Origin: Acidimicrobiia bacterium
Lineage (GTDB): Bacteria; Actinomycetota; Acidimicrobiia; Spongiisociales; ZC4RG35
DNA: 64,000 nt
Assembly: GCA_965215185.1 (NCBI GenBank)
Contig: OZ244034.1
Coordinates: forward strand, 512,001 to 576,000
Direction of reading: 5' to 3'
Positions 8,978 to 17,777 of the stretch are shown piece by piece. Position 1 is the stretch's first letter; each line of letters starts with the position of its first letter. The translations under genes and the position numbers were made by a program. The notes beneath the pieces were generated by a model. It saw nothing but the letters and a program-made list of their open reading frames with translations, ran no database searches and had not been told where the DNA came from.

Positions 8978-10045
8978 ATGAAAAACGGAAAGATCGGCTT
9001 CGGTCTGGTGGGGATCGGGATGTCGGGTGACTTCATGGCCAAGGAACTCACCTTTGTCGAAGGCGGCGACCTTGTCGCGGTCTGCAGCCGGAACGAGGCC
9101 AACGTCCGGGGATTCGCCAAGACTCATGGTGCGAGACACTGGTTCACCGATTACCGCCGGCTGGTGGAACACGAAGACGTCGATGTTGTGGTCGTATCGG
9201 CTCCCACCGGACTGCACGCCGACGTCACGATCGCGGCGTCCAACGCCGGCAAGCACGCGCTGGTGGAAAAGCCACTCGAAACCACCTTGGAGAAGGCCGA
9301 CAAGGTGATCGGCGTTTGCCGGGCGAACAACACCAAGCTGGGGGTGGTGTTTCAGATGCGTTTCGGCGTGGTGGCCGCCACCCTTAAGGAGGCGGTGGAT
9401 TCAGGCCGCCTGGGACGAGTGTTTCTGGCCGACGCATTCGACAAATCAAGCCGGACTGCGGCCTATTACGCCTCCGCCGCGTGGCGCGGGACCAAGGTGC
9501 TCGAAGGTGGCGGTTGCATGATGACCCAGTCCATTCACATCATCGATCTCTTGCAATACCTGATGGGACCGGTGCGGTCGGTGATGGGACGGGTAGCCAC
9601 CCATGTACACGATATTGAGGTCGAGGACACCGCCACCGCGGTGGTGAACTTCGAAAGCGGAGCGACCGGGATCATTGAAAGCACCTCATCGGTCCGCACC
9701 GCCCTCAAGTCGCGGCTGGAACTTCACGGAGACAGCGGCACCGTCGTAGCCAACGCTCAGTACGACAAGTTCCTGCTCTGGGATGTGAAAGGTGACGAAG
9801 GCCGTGTCGAGGTGGAGAAAAACGTCGAGTTGACCGACATCGATGACCCTTGGGCCTTTCCCCAGACCCGCCACCGGATTCAACTCCAGGACATGGTGAA
9901 CGCAATCCATGAGGACCGCGATCCGGTTCTCACCGGCGAGGACGCCCGGGTTCCGATGGCGATCATCGCGGCAATCTACGATTCCTCGCGGAAGGGCAAG
10001 GAGATTTTCCTGGATGCCTACCGGCCGGCAGCCTCTAACCGCTGA
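8978..10045 (+). CDS. Gfo/Idh/MocA family oxidoreductase
   Basis: GLVGIG, AGKHALVEKP, GGGCMMTQSIHIID, EVEDTA. Confidence 0.92.
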   Translation: MKNGKIGFGLVGIGMSGDFMAKELTFVEGGDLVAVCSRNEANVRGFAKTHGARHWFTDYRRLVEHEDVDVVVVSAPTGLHADVTIAASNAGKHALVEKPLETTLEKADKVIGVCRANNTKLGVVFQMRFGVVAATLKEAVDSGRLGRVFLADAFDKSSRTAAYYASAAWRGTKVLEGGGCMMTQSIHIIDLLQYLMGPVRSVMGRVATHVHDIEVEDTATAVVNFESGATGIIESTSSVRTALKSRLELHGDSGTVVANAQYDKFLLWDVKGDEGRVEVEKNVELTDIDDPWAFPQTRHRIQLQDMVNAIHEDRDPVLTGEDARVPMAIIAAIYDSSRKGKEIFLDAYRPAASNR

Positions 10046-10088
10046 CTGCGGAATCGCCACGAGGCCTCATTAAAAGGACGCTGCAGAC

Positions 10089-10105
10089 CCGCCGGAAACC
10101 GGCGG
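10089..10105. terminator. GC hairpin between the convergent oxidoreductase and tRNA-Asn
   Basis: CCGCCGG-aaa-CCGGCGG. Confidence 0.5.
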
Positions 10106-10119
10106 TTAGCGATATGAGG

Positions 10120-10193
10120 CTCCGGGGGTGGGACTTGAACCCACAACCTTCGGGTTAACAGCCCGCCGCTCTGCCGAATTGAGCTACCCCGGA
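10120..10193 (-). tRNA. tRNA-Asn(GTT)
   Basis: Reverse complement TCCGGGGTAGCTCAATTCGGCAGAGCGGCGGGCTGTTAACCCGAAGGTTGTGGGTTCAAGTCCCACCCCCGGAG folds as a cloverleaf. Confidence 0.95.
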
Positions 10194-10346
10194 AAGGGAG
10201 TGGTTGGTGACTGGGATGGACACCGACCTGTCGGGGCAATTGTAGACCGTTCGACCAATGCCAAACACCTGCTTAGTTGGCACAGCGTGGTTTGTGAAGA
10301 AGATGGTCATGTATGAGATTTTGGGTGCATAACATCCTGATTGGCA

Positions 10347-10841
10347 ATGAATAGGAAAATGGCGGTCTTGGGTGTGCTGGTGGCCGTGTTGACGGCCAGT
10401 TGCGGTTCGGATCCGGGCGCAACCCTCGAAGCGGTGTCGGTCCCCGACAAATTGAATTGGATCACCCCCGAGGAGTTGTCGGAGGAGTTGGCCCTAGGCC
10501 CGGCGGCGGTGGTGAACTTCTGGGCTTCGTGGTGCGGCCCGTGCCGGGCGGAGGCGCCGGTACTGCGGAAGGCTCATCAAGATTACGGCGACAGGGTGCG
10601 GTTTATCGGGGTGGCGGTGGACGACACTGCTTCCGGAGCTTTCGACTTCATGGAGTCGTATGGGATCACCTTTGAGAACTATTTGGGGGATGGCGGTCCC
10701 ATGATGGCGCAATACGAGGCTTTTGGCATTCCTTTTACCGTGTTCACCGATACGGCCGGAGAGGCGCTTTACGTTCATCGCGGGATAATTGATGAGGACC
10801 TCCTCCTCCTGTGGACCGATGAACTTTCCCGTCTCGGTTGA
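10347..10841 (+). CDS. TlpA/ResA-like thiol-disulfide oxidoreductase lipoprotein
   Basis: Lipobox LTASC, NFWASWCGPC, GIPFT. Confidence 0.9.
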   Translation: MNRKMAVLGVLVAVLTASCGSDPGATLEAVSVPDKLNWITPEELSEELALGPAAVVNFWASWCGPCRAEAPVLRKAHQDYGDRVRFIGVAVDDTASGAFDFMESYGITFENYLGDGGPMMAQYEAFGIPFTVFTDTAGEALYVHRGIIDEDLLLLWTDELSRLG

Positions 10842-10935
10842 CGGTGGAAAGCTCAACGCCATCCTTGTAGTAGGGTGCCGTCGTCTCGTTAAGGATGCTT
10901 TGCGGCAAGAGTTTGACGGCCACACGGTGCTTTAG

Positions 10936-11610
10936 ATGGATCTGACGCTGCTGGGACGGGTGGTGGGCGCCATGCTCGCCGCGGCTTTGACTGTGCGGGC
11001 GCTCAGGGGAAGGCGGCCTCCGGAATTTTCGGAGCCGTTCAACGATTTGCTGGGTGCCGTGCTGGTGGGGATGGCGGCAGGGCGCCTGGCCTATGTGGTT
11101 GGAGAGGGAATCAACGTCATCGCTCATCCACTTGAGTTGGTACTGATACGCGGCGGCATTGTTCCTGTGCCTGCAGCTATGGCGGCCATTGGTTTCTTGG
11201 TTTGGGCCTGCCGCCGTGATCTGTGGAGCCGCTTGGATCATCTTGTTCCGGCGGCGCTGGTCGGGTTGGCGGTATGGGAGGCCGGGTGCTGGTGGCAGGG
11301 ATCTTGTCTGGGTTCGCCGTCCGGTCTGTGGTGGGCAATTGCCCTGCCGGGCAGCAACCTCACCCGTCACCCGGTGGGCATGTACGTAGCCGTGCTATTG
11401 GTTGCGGCGGCGATTTGGCTGTGGAGGCGCCCTCTGCCCTGGAGTGGGGGCAGTGCCGCGGCCGGGCTGGGATGGGCGTCGGCTGTCCGGTTGATGGTTC
11501 CCATTTGGTCGGTGGGGGGTTGGTCCAATTGGACATGGTGGTATCTGGTGGGCTTGGTCCTGGGTCTGGGTGGGGTGGTGGCGGCGCGGCACAGATCAAA
11601 GGGCCGATAA
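10936..11610 (+). CDS. Divergent Lgt-like membrane protein
   Basis: GRLAYV, IRGGI, GCWWQGSCLG…WWAI and RHPVGMY align with Lgt motifs, but key residues differ. Confidence 0.65.
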   Translation: MDLTLLGRVVGAMLAAALTVRALRGRRPPEFSEPFNDLLGAVLVGMAAGRLAYVVGEGINVIAHPLELVLIRGGIVPVPAAMAAIGFLVWACRRDLWSRLDHLVPAALVGLAVWEAGCWWQGSCLGSPSGLWWAIALPGSNLTRHPVGMYVAVLLVAAAIWLWRRPLPWSGGSAAAGLGWASAVRLMVPIWSVGGWSNWTWWYLVGLVLGLGGVVAARHRSKGR

Positions 11611-11876
11611 CCCTAATCCCGTCCCCGGTTAACAACCTTGCAAAGCTTTGTTAAGCGGGAGCGCTTTTGACTCTCCTTGCTGCTGTCGGGGGAAGGAAGC
11701 GAGGGGGGAAAGCAATCGCTGGGTTGGCAAAAGACACGATTTCTGCGAAAAGCCCAACTCCTGTTGGATTCCGCATATTGAAGCATAAAGCAGTAGGCGA
11801 CAATGGTTGAGTCCTTCTGAGAGACCCTGGCCGTGGCGGGTATCAGACCATTGTGGGATCTGATGAGGAGAGGAAA

Positions 11877-12724
11877 ATGAATGCAACCGTTGAACGCCAT
11901 CAAATCCACAGCACCCTGCGGAGAATGGGGACCGGGGTCGGCGCGGCCGCGCCGATGAATGTGAATGCCTCATCAGGGAAGGTGAACTTGGTGGCGGTCG
12001 GGAAAGAGTCGATCATGCACGCCGAGCTGGACGCATCGGTGAAGATGCCCGGATTCGCTGACGTCATGCTCCGACAGATCACGTCGGTGGTCAAGTCTTT
12101 ACCGAATGGGAAGGTGGTCTTGGAGTCCGGAGGGGAAGGGGTTGGGTGGTACCCGCGTGGTCCTGGCCGACCCGGCCGAGCTGTGCAACGCTGGTTTGCC
12201 GGAGCCGGAGAGTCCCGGTCAAAGGGTCGATGGAGGGCTATTGCGTGCGGCTCTCGACGCAGTGATTTCCTCAACAGCGACCGACAATCATCCCATTTTC
12301 GGATCTGTACGTTTCGACGCGTCGAATGATGATTTGCGGTTGGTTGCTTCCGACACCTTCAGATTGGAGGTTCGTATGTTCCCGCACACCCCTTGCGGAC
12401 CTGGCGAGCCGGGTGGTGGCCTTGGACCCTAAGGCGCCCGCTCCGATCAAGCTGATATTCTCGACGGAAGGGATCGAGTTTTCGGCCAAGTCGCCCGCAG
12501 GCTATGGTGAGTGGTTACCTGGAAGCCGATCATCAGGATTTGCCCGGGGAGGTTACGCTGCGGTTCAACTCTCGGTTTTTAACGGACGCTCTTTCCAATT
12601 TGATCTCTGACCGGGTGGAGACCGACTGGCCGAGGAGCCGCTGGCCCGGCCCAAGCCGGTTCGAATCGGCGACGCTGGCCATCCCGAGGTTTGGAATCTG
12701 GTAATGCCCATGCGGGCCGGATAG
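11877..12724 (+). pseudogene. Decayed DNA polymerase III beta-clamp (dnaN) paralog
   Basis: Pieces in shifting frames: VVKSLPNGKVVLE, LRLVASDTFRL, RFNSRFLTDALSNL, WNLVMPMRAG*. Strong RBS before the ATG at 11877; about 850 nt in total with an internal deletion. Confidence 0.75.
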
Positions 12725-12865
12725 GCGGGTATCCAAGACATTGGCCGCAGCCGGTCCGCCTATTCAAGTGGTCAGGCGGTAAAGTCGCATTACGAAGGAT
12801 CGCCAGGATGCCTTCGGCGATAACCCGAATGACGACTGGGCTTGTTGCCTTGAGGATGAGTGCTG

Positions 12866-13438
12866 ATGTCCCAAGAAATGAACATGTTCCCCGAATTTCC
12901 CGACGAGACATTTGAGATCATCTACGCCGATCCACCCTGGGATTATCGGGGCCAACTCCAGCACGCGGGGGTCGGTTCGGGCGATACCGGGGGAGCGGTT
13001 CGACACTACCCCACGGTAAAGCTCTCGGATTTGAAGATGCTCAGGGTTTCGACCATTGCTGCTGATGACTGTCTGCTGTTCATGTGGACCACCAATCCTC
13101 ACCTCGACCAGGCGGTGGAGCTGGGGAAAACGTGGGGATTCAAATGGGCGACTGTCGCCTTCGTGTGGGATAAGGAACGGGTCAACCCGGGGTTTTACAC
13201 CTTGAGCCAATGCGAATTGTGCCTGGTGTTCAAGAAAGGCCGGATTCCGACTCCCCGGGGAGCCAGAAATGTTCGGCAAATGGTGAGCAGCAGCAGGGGA
13301 GTGCATTCGGAGAAGCCCGATGAGGTGAGAAGAGGAATCGAAGAGATGTTTCCCTCACAAAGGAAAATCGAACTGTTTGCCCGAAGGAAGGCGCAGGGGT
13401 GGAGCAGTTGGGGATTGGACATCGCCGGGGATATGTAA
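12866..13438 (+). CDS. MT-A70 family N6-adenine methyltransferase (orphan)
   Basis: IIYADPPW, HYPT, LFMWTT, WGF, FVWDK, HSEKP, IELFAR. Confidence 0.92.
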   Translation: MSQEMNMFPEFPDETFEIIYADPPWDYRGQLQHAGVGSGDTGGAVRHYPTVKLSDLKMLRVSTIAADDCLLFMWTTNPHLDQAVELGKTWGFKWATVAFVWDKERVNPGFYTLSQCELCLVFKKGRIPTPRGARNVRQMVSSSRGVHSEKPDEVRRGIEEMFPSQRKIELFARRKAQGWSSWGLDIAGDM

Positions 13439-13465
13439 TACGTCAATGGTATGCGTTTTGATGGG

Positions 13466-13505
13466 GGGCGGTGTGCCAGGAACTTCTGCTACTGGCACAC
13501 CGCCC
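13466..13505. terminator. 14-bp perfect hairpin after the MT-A70 gene
   Basis: GGGCGGTGTGCCAG, 12-nt loop, CTGGCACACCGCCC. Confidence 0.55.
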
Positions 13506-13575
13506 TCGCGCCGTCTCCTGTGTTACTCTCAAGAAAGAGGTGCAGGTGGCTATCTGATGACAGGAGACGAGATAT

Positions 13576-14427
13576 ATGGCCAGTTTTTTGCTTTCGAATA
13601 GCAACTCCCCCCGTTACACCTCCAAGGGCAAGCTGGCACGCAAGTACTACGAGCGGGAGTTGCGGAGGCTGCAGGAAGAGCTGGCCATGCTGCAGCGATG
13701 GATAACCTCGCAGGGACTGAGGGTTTTGGTCATCTGCGAGGGCCGGGACGCCGCTGGGAAGGGGGGTGTGATCAAGCGCATAGTCGAGCGACTCAATCCC
13801 CGGGTCTGTCGGGTGGTGGCGCTGGGAGTGCCAACCGAACGGGAGCAGAACCAGTGGTATTTCCAGCGGTATGTGGCGCATCTTCCCGCTGCCGGGGAGA
13901 TGGTGCTCTTCGACCGGAGTTGGTACAACCGGGCAGGAGTCGAGCGGGTGATGGGGTTCTGCACCGAGCAGGAATATCAAGAGTTTCTAGTGTCCTGTCC
14001 CCAGTTTGAGCGCATGCTGATTCGCTCCGGCATTCAGATCATCAAGTACTGGTTTTCGGTCAGCGACGAAGAGCAGGAACGACGTTTTCAGGCCCGCCTC
14101 ACCGACCCCAGGCGACGGTGGAAACTTAGTCCCATGGATCTGGAGTCCCGTACTCATTGGGTTGACTATTCCAAAGCAAAAGATGAGATGTTCGCTCACA
14201 CCGACATCATCGGGTGCCGCTGGTATGTGGTGAATGCTGACGACAAGCGCCGGGCGAGGCTCAATTGCATAAATCACCTGCTGCGCAGCATTCCCTATCA
14301 CAATGTTGAGATTCCTGAATTGATACTGCCGAGTCGACAGAGCGGGGAAGAATATGTCCGTCCTCCCTTTACCGATCAGACGTTTGTGCCCGACCACTAC
14401 GTCCCCCCGGCGAAGAAGAAACCATAA
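13576..14427 (+). CDS. ppk2: Polyphosphate kinase 2
   Basis: EGRDAAGKGG, WYFQRY, FDRSWYNRAGVERVMGFC, WKLSPMD. Confidence 0.96.
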   Translation: MASFLLSNSNSPRYTSKGKLARKYYERELRRLQEELAMLQRWITSQGLRVLVICEGRDAAGKGGVIKRIVERLNPRVCRVVALGVPTEREQNQWYFQRYVAHLPAAGEMVLFDRSWYNRAGVERVMGFCTEQEYQEFLVSCPQFERMLIRSGIQIIKYWFSVSDEEQERRFQARLTDPRRRWKLSPMDLESRTHWVDYSKAKDEMFAHTDIIGCRWYVVNADDKRRARLNCINHLLRSIPYHNVEIPELILPSRQSGEEYVRPPFTDQTFVPDHYVPPAKKKP

Positions 14428-14688
14428 ACAGGTTGTTGAAGCGAAGAGGGATTCGTAGCTGTAGGGGCGAGGTGCCGAGCACTAAGTCGGTGGCCTGAAT
14501 TGCCATTCCAGACGGTGATGGTTTGACGCGGTGAAACCGGGTTTGGGCGTAAGTCCACAGGTTGCCAGGGGTCCGAAGCGGTTGAGGGACAGGGAGGGGG
14601 AGCTTGATCCGGGAGCACTGCAAGGTCAGGGTCGACTGGGGTGGACCACCTTGAGCGAGGGTGGCAATGTTGCAGGAGGTATGGACAG

Positions 14689-16194
14689 GTGACAGCTCTG
14701 GACCGCCTGGAAGGTCGGCCGGGCGGCCGCGATGGATACTGGTCTTCGGCATGGCCGGTTGAATGTGGAGGCAACCGACGACAGAAGGCTGCCACCGGGC
14801 GACTCGACGCCGCCTTGAAAACGGCGTCTGTGACTACCCGTCGCAACGGTCGCTGGAACGTGATGTTCGTGGAACGCGAACCAAACCAGTGGTATCTCGG
14901 TGGGACTATGCCCGCCTTCAGTGGCCCCGAGCCTTACGGCTGGGTGGAGCGGCTCGACCTAAGCGAAGGTGGCGCCGGTGCGAAGACCCTGGAGCCAGAG
15001 GTCCGATCACGGCGGCTGCCGTGCGGAAGCCATGTGTGGTGTGGTTCGATTTTGGCTCACGCCAACGGGGCTGTGTACAGCGTCAACGGCTCCTATCTTC
15101 ACAAGTTGGACGCGATTGACCTTTCGGTGCTGGCTGAGAGACGGCTGCCCGCTGATCGTTCGCACAACGGAATGCTGGCGCTTCGCGATGGCACCATCGT
15201 CACCAAGGATCTTCGCCTGGAGGGGCAGGGGGGAACCACCCTCACTCGCTTGGAGCCCGACTCTCTGGAGTTGGTGGGTGAGCCGCTGGTCCTGCCCGAG
15301 GGTTCCATGGGCCGCATCGCCGCCGACCTGATAACCATCGACGGGGCGCCGACGGAAGTGGTCTATGTTCCGGGCACTGAACATATTTGGCGTTTGATTG
15401 TTTCGCAGTTCCGTGGTCCCACCTCCGCTGGGTCGGGAATGGGCTGTGGTCTGGAGATCGATGCGAGTTGGTGGCCGCGTTACCGGGAGAAGAACGATAG
15501 ATACGGGCTGGCCTGGGATTGTTGCATCTCGGGTGGCCACTGTTGGATCATGGATTGTGGAGATGTGGGGTCGGTCAGGGCCATCCACCGCACCGAGCCC
15601 AACGGCCGCTTTGCCGAGCCACCGGGCGCAAGGCTCTCGTGGCGCCAGCCGGCGCCCTGGTCGGGCGCGCAGCGCCTTCTACGGGTAAGCCTTTCCGATG
15701 ACAGGGATATGGATGTTATTGAACCCTTCGGCATCCCGGGAGGCGGCATTATCGCTCCGCCGGTCCACATACCGGACGTCGCATCGGGTGTTGACATGGC
15801 GATTGCCTGGGACTCGATCAACGGTGGCTTGGCCGGGATCCAGATCCCGACCCATGCCGTGGGTTCACGAGTCTCAGCCAACGGCGAATCGCGCCCATTG
15901 GAGTCGGGCGTCGCCGGGCCGATGAGAGTGGCCTGGCATCTGGACGTGCGGCCAACCATGCAGCCCGTGGTGTATCCCGAATCTGGTGAGTTGGTCATAA
16001 ACGACTTCACGGTGGGCGCGGATGGCGGCCCGCCTTCTGACGATCTGGTTGTTGTGGAAATCGCCACCGGAAACTTGATTGATCGGGTCGCAACCGGTTC
16101 GCGGGTGGCAAACGGCATGTTTCTTAGCGCGGCGGGAGTCGGGAGGGTTCTCTACGCCACCACCACTGCGGTGGCGCTGGTCACCTGGTCCTAG
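14689..16194 (+). CDS. Hypothetical protein, possibly a beta-propeller
   Basis: About 500-aa ORF; AGGAGG RBS before GTG 14689; beta-rich repeats. Confidence 0.7.
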   Translation: MTALDRLEGRPGGRDGYWSSAWPVECGGNRRQKAATGRLDAALKTASVTTRRNGRWNVMFVEREPNQWYLGGTMPAFSGPEPYGWVERLDLSEGGAGAKTLEPEVRSRRLPCGSHVWCGSILAHANGAVYSVNGSYLHKLDAIDLSVLAERRLPADRSHNGMLALRDGTIVTKDLRLEGQGGTTLTRLEPDSLELVGEPLVLPEGSMGRIAADLITIDGAPTEVVYVPGTEHIWRLIVSQFRGPTSAGSGMGCGLEIDASWWPRYREKNDRYGLAWDCCISGGHCWIMDCGDVGSVRAIHRTEPNGRFAEPPGARLSWRQPAPWSGAQRLLRVSLSDDRDMDVIEPFGIPGGGIIAPPVHIPDVASGVDMAIAWDSINGGLAGIQIPTHAVGSRVSANGESRPLESGVAGPMRVAWHLDVRPTMQPVVYPESGELVINDFTVGADGGPPSDDLVVVEIATGNLIDRVATGSRVANGMFLSAAGVGRVLYATTTAVALVTWS

Positions 16195-16302
16195 ACCTCT
16201 GGAAGAACCTGACTCCGCAGTCGCCCGACGCCTGTGGAAGTTATGAGGGTGTTAGCGATAGACAACGGTATGTGGTCACACCCATGTGCCATTCTTGTAG
16301 AC

Positions 16303-17589
16303 ATGAAGGAAGAAGTTTTGAACGGGCAGGTGGTCAACCGGGTGCGGGTGGTGGCGCCCAATTTGCCCCTTGCCGAGGCGACTATGGAACAGTTGAAAGA
16401 ACGGATCCAGTCCACCATCTGCGCAGATAACCAAACCGCCGCCATCCGCGCAGAAGCCTTGGCAGAGACGCGCCGTCGGGAAGGAACCGAACGGTGGAAA
16501 CCGTGTTGAAAGAAGATGATCTCCTTTCACGCCGCAGGGCCCGTTCAGAAGTGGAAACCGCGGTAAAACTCAAGGAATTGCCAAACACCGCAGACGGTTT
16601 TGAGGAAAGGAGCGATCTCCTACGACAACGTCCGGATCAGCACCAAAGCGCTGCTGCTCGGCATGGTCCTAGCTGTCTACGAAGCATCGAACTGGCCGAC
16701 ATTGCCAAAACCCAGTCACCGGACAATTTTGCCGGAACGGTCCGCAAACACCAACAACAACGTTCCCAAGATGACGGCCTGTCACAGCTGGAGCATCAAC
16801 GGTCCCAGCGGTACGTCAAGATAAGCACCGACCTCACCGACGGGATGACAGTTCTCTACGGACGGTTCGATCCCATCACCGGTGCCCGGATCGAATCGGT
16901 GCTGTCGAAGAAGGTCAACGAACTATGGCGAGAAGAAAACCCCCAGGCCCGGTCCACCCGGGAACAGCGGATAGCCGATGCCCTAGAGATATTTCTCACC
17001 CGCCCGGAAAACAACTCCGGGGGCCGGTCGCAGGAGGCCAGGCTGTTGCTGATCGCCCAACACGAGGCCATCACCGGAAAACTGGGGCAGGTTCGCCTTC
17101 CCGACGGGACACCCATCCCCCTCCAAAAGCTCCGGGAGATAGCCTGCGAAGCCGAAGTGCTGCCCGCCATCTTCCAGGGGGCTTCCCAACCCCTTGACCT
17201 GGGAAGAGCCAGACGGGTAGCCAGCCCCGCCCAACGCATCCTCTGGTAGCCCGCGACCGAAACTGCATAGGCTGCGGAGCCTCAGCCAACTGGTGTCAGG
17301 CCCACCACATAATCCACTGGATAGACGGCGGCCCCACCAACCTCGACAACATGTGCCTACTATGCAACCGCTGCCACCACAAAGTACACGACGACGGATG
17401 GCAAGTAGGCGAGCCCCCCACCGGAAAGTACTCTCTCGGCCCACCACCCACGCACCATATGCCCCCACCCCGCCCGCGCAATCACCCCTACCGCGGTCGG
17501 AAGCAAAGAAAATAGGCCATACCCTTTCAGGTGCGAAGAGCCAGCAGTCGGGGAAAGCCTCCAGGCGAGTCTTGGCCGCGGCCCACTAG
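16303..17589 (+). pseudogene. DUF222/13E12-type HNH endonuclease element, multiply frameshifted
   Basis: GAISYDNVRI, QRIADAL and PLDLGRARRVASPAQR. From 17243, in another frame: LVARDRNCIGCG…CQAHHIIHWIDGGPTNLDNMCLLCNRCHHKVH. Confidence 0.88.
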
Positions 17590-17777
17590 ACCACACATCC
17601 GATGCACTGACATCGGAACCGTTGTTGCCGGACCGGTGTGGGTTATATTTGCTTGATGGGGAGCGAATCTTTACCGCGTCCACCGCTCATTTCGCCTGGC
17701 TCTCGCCCTTGGAGAACGAAGTGTTCCAGAGTTGCCGGGATGCTATCCGGTGATGTGATCAACTTAGTCTTTAGAAG

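Noticed and set aside
11800-11870. TPP-riboswitch-like CTGAGA…ACCC
   Set aside because: Lacks the GAACCTGA and AGCGTAGGGA core, and the downstream gene is unrelated to thiamine.
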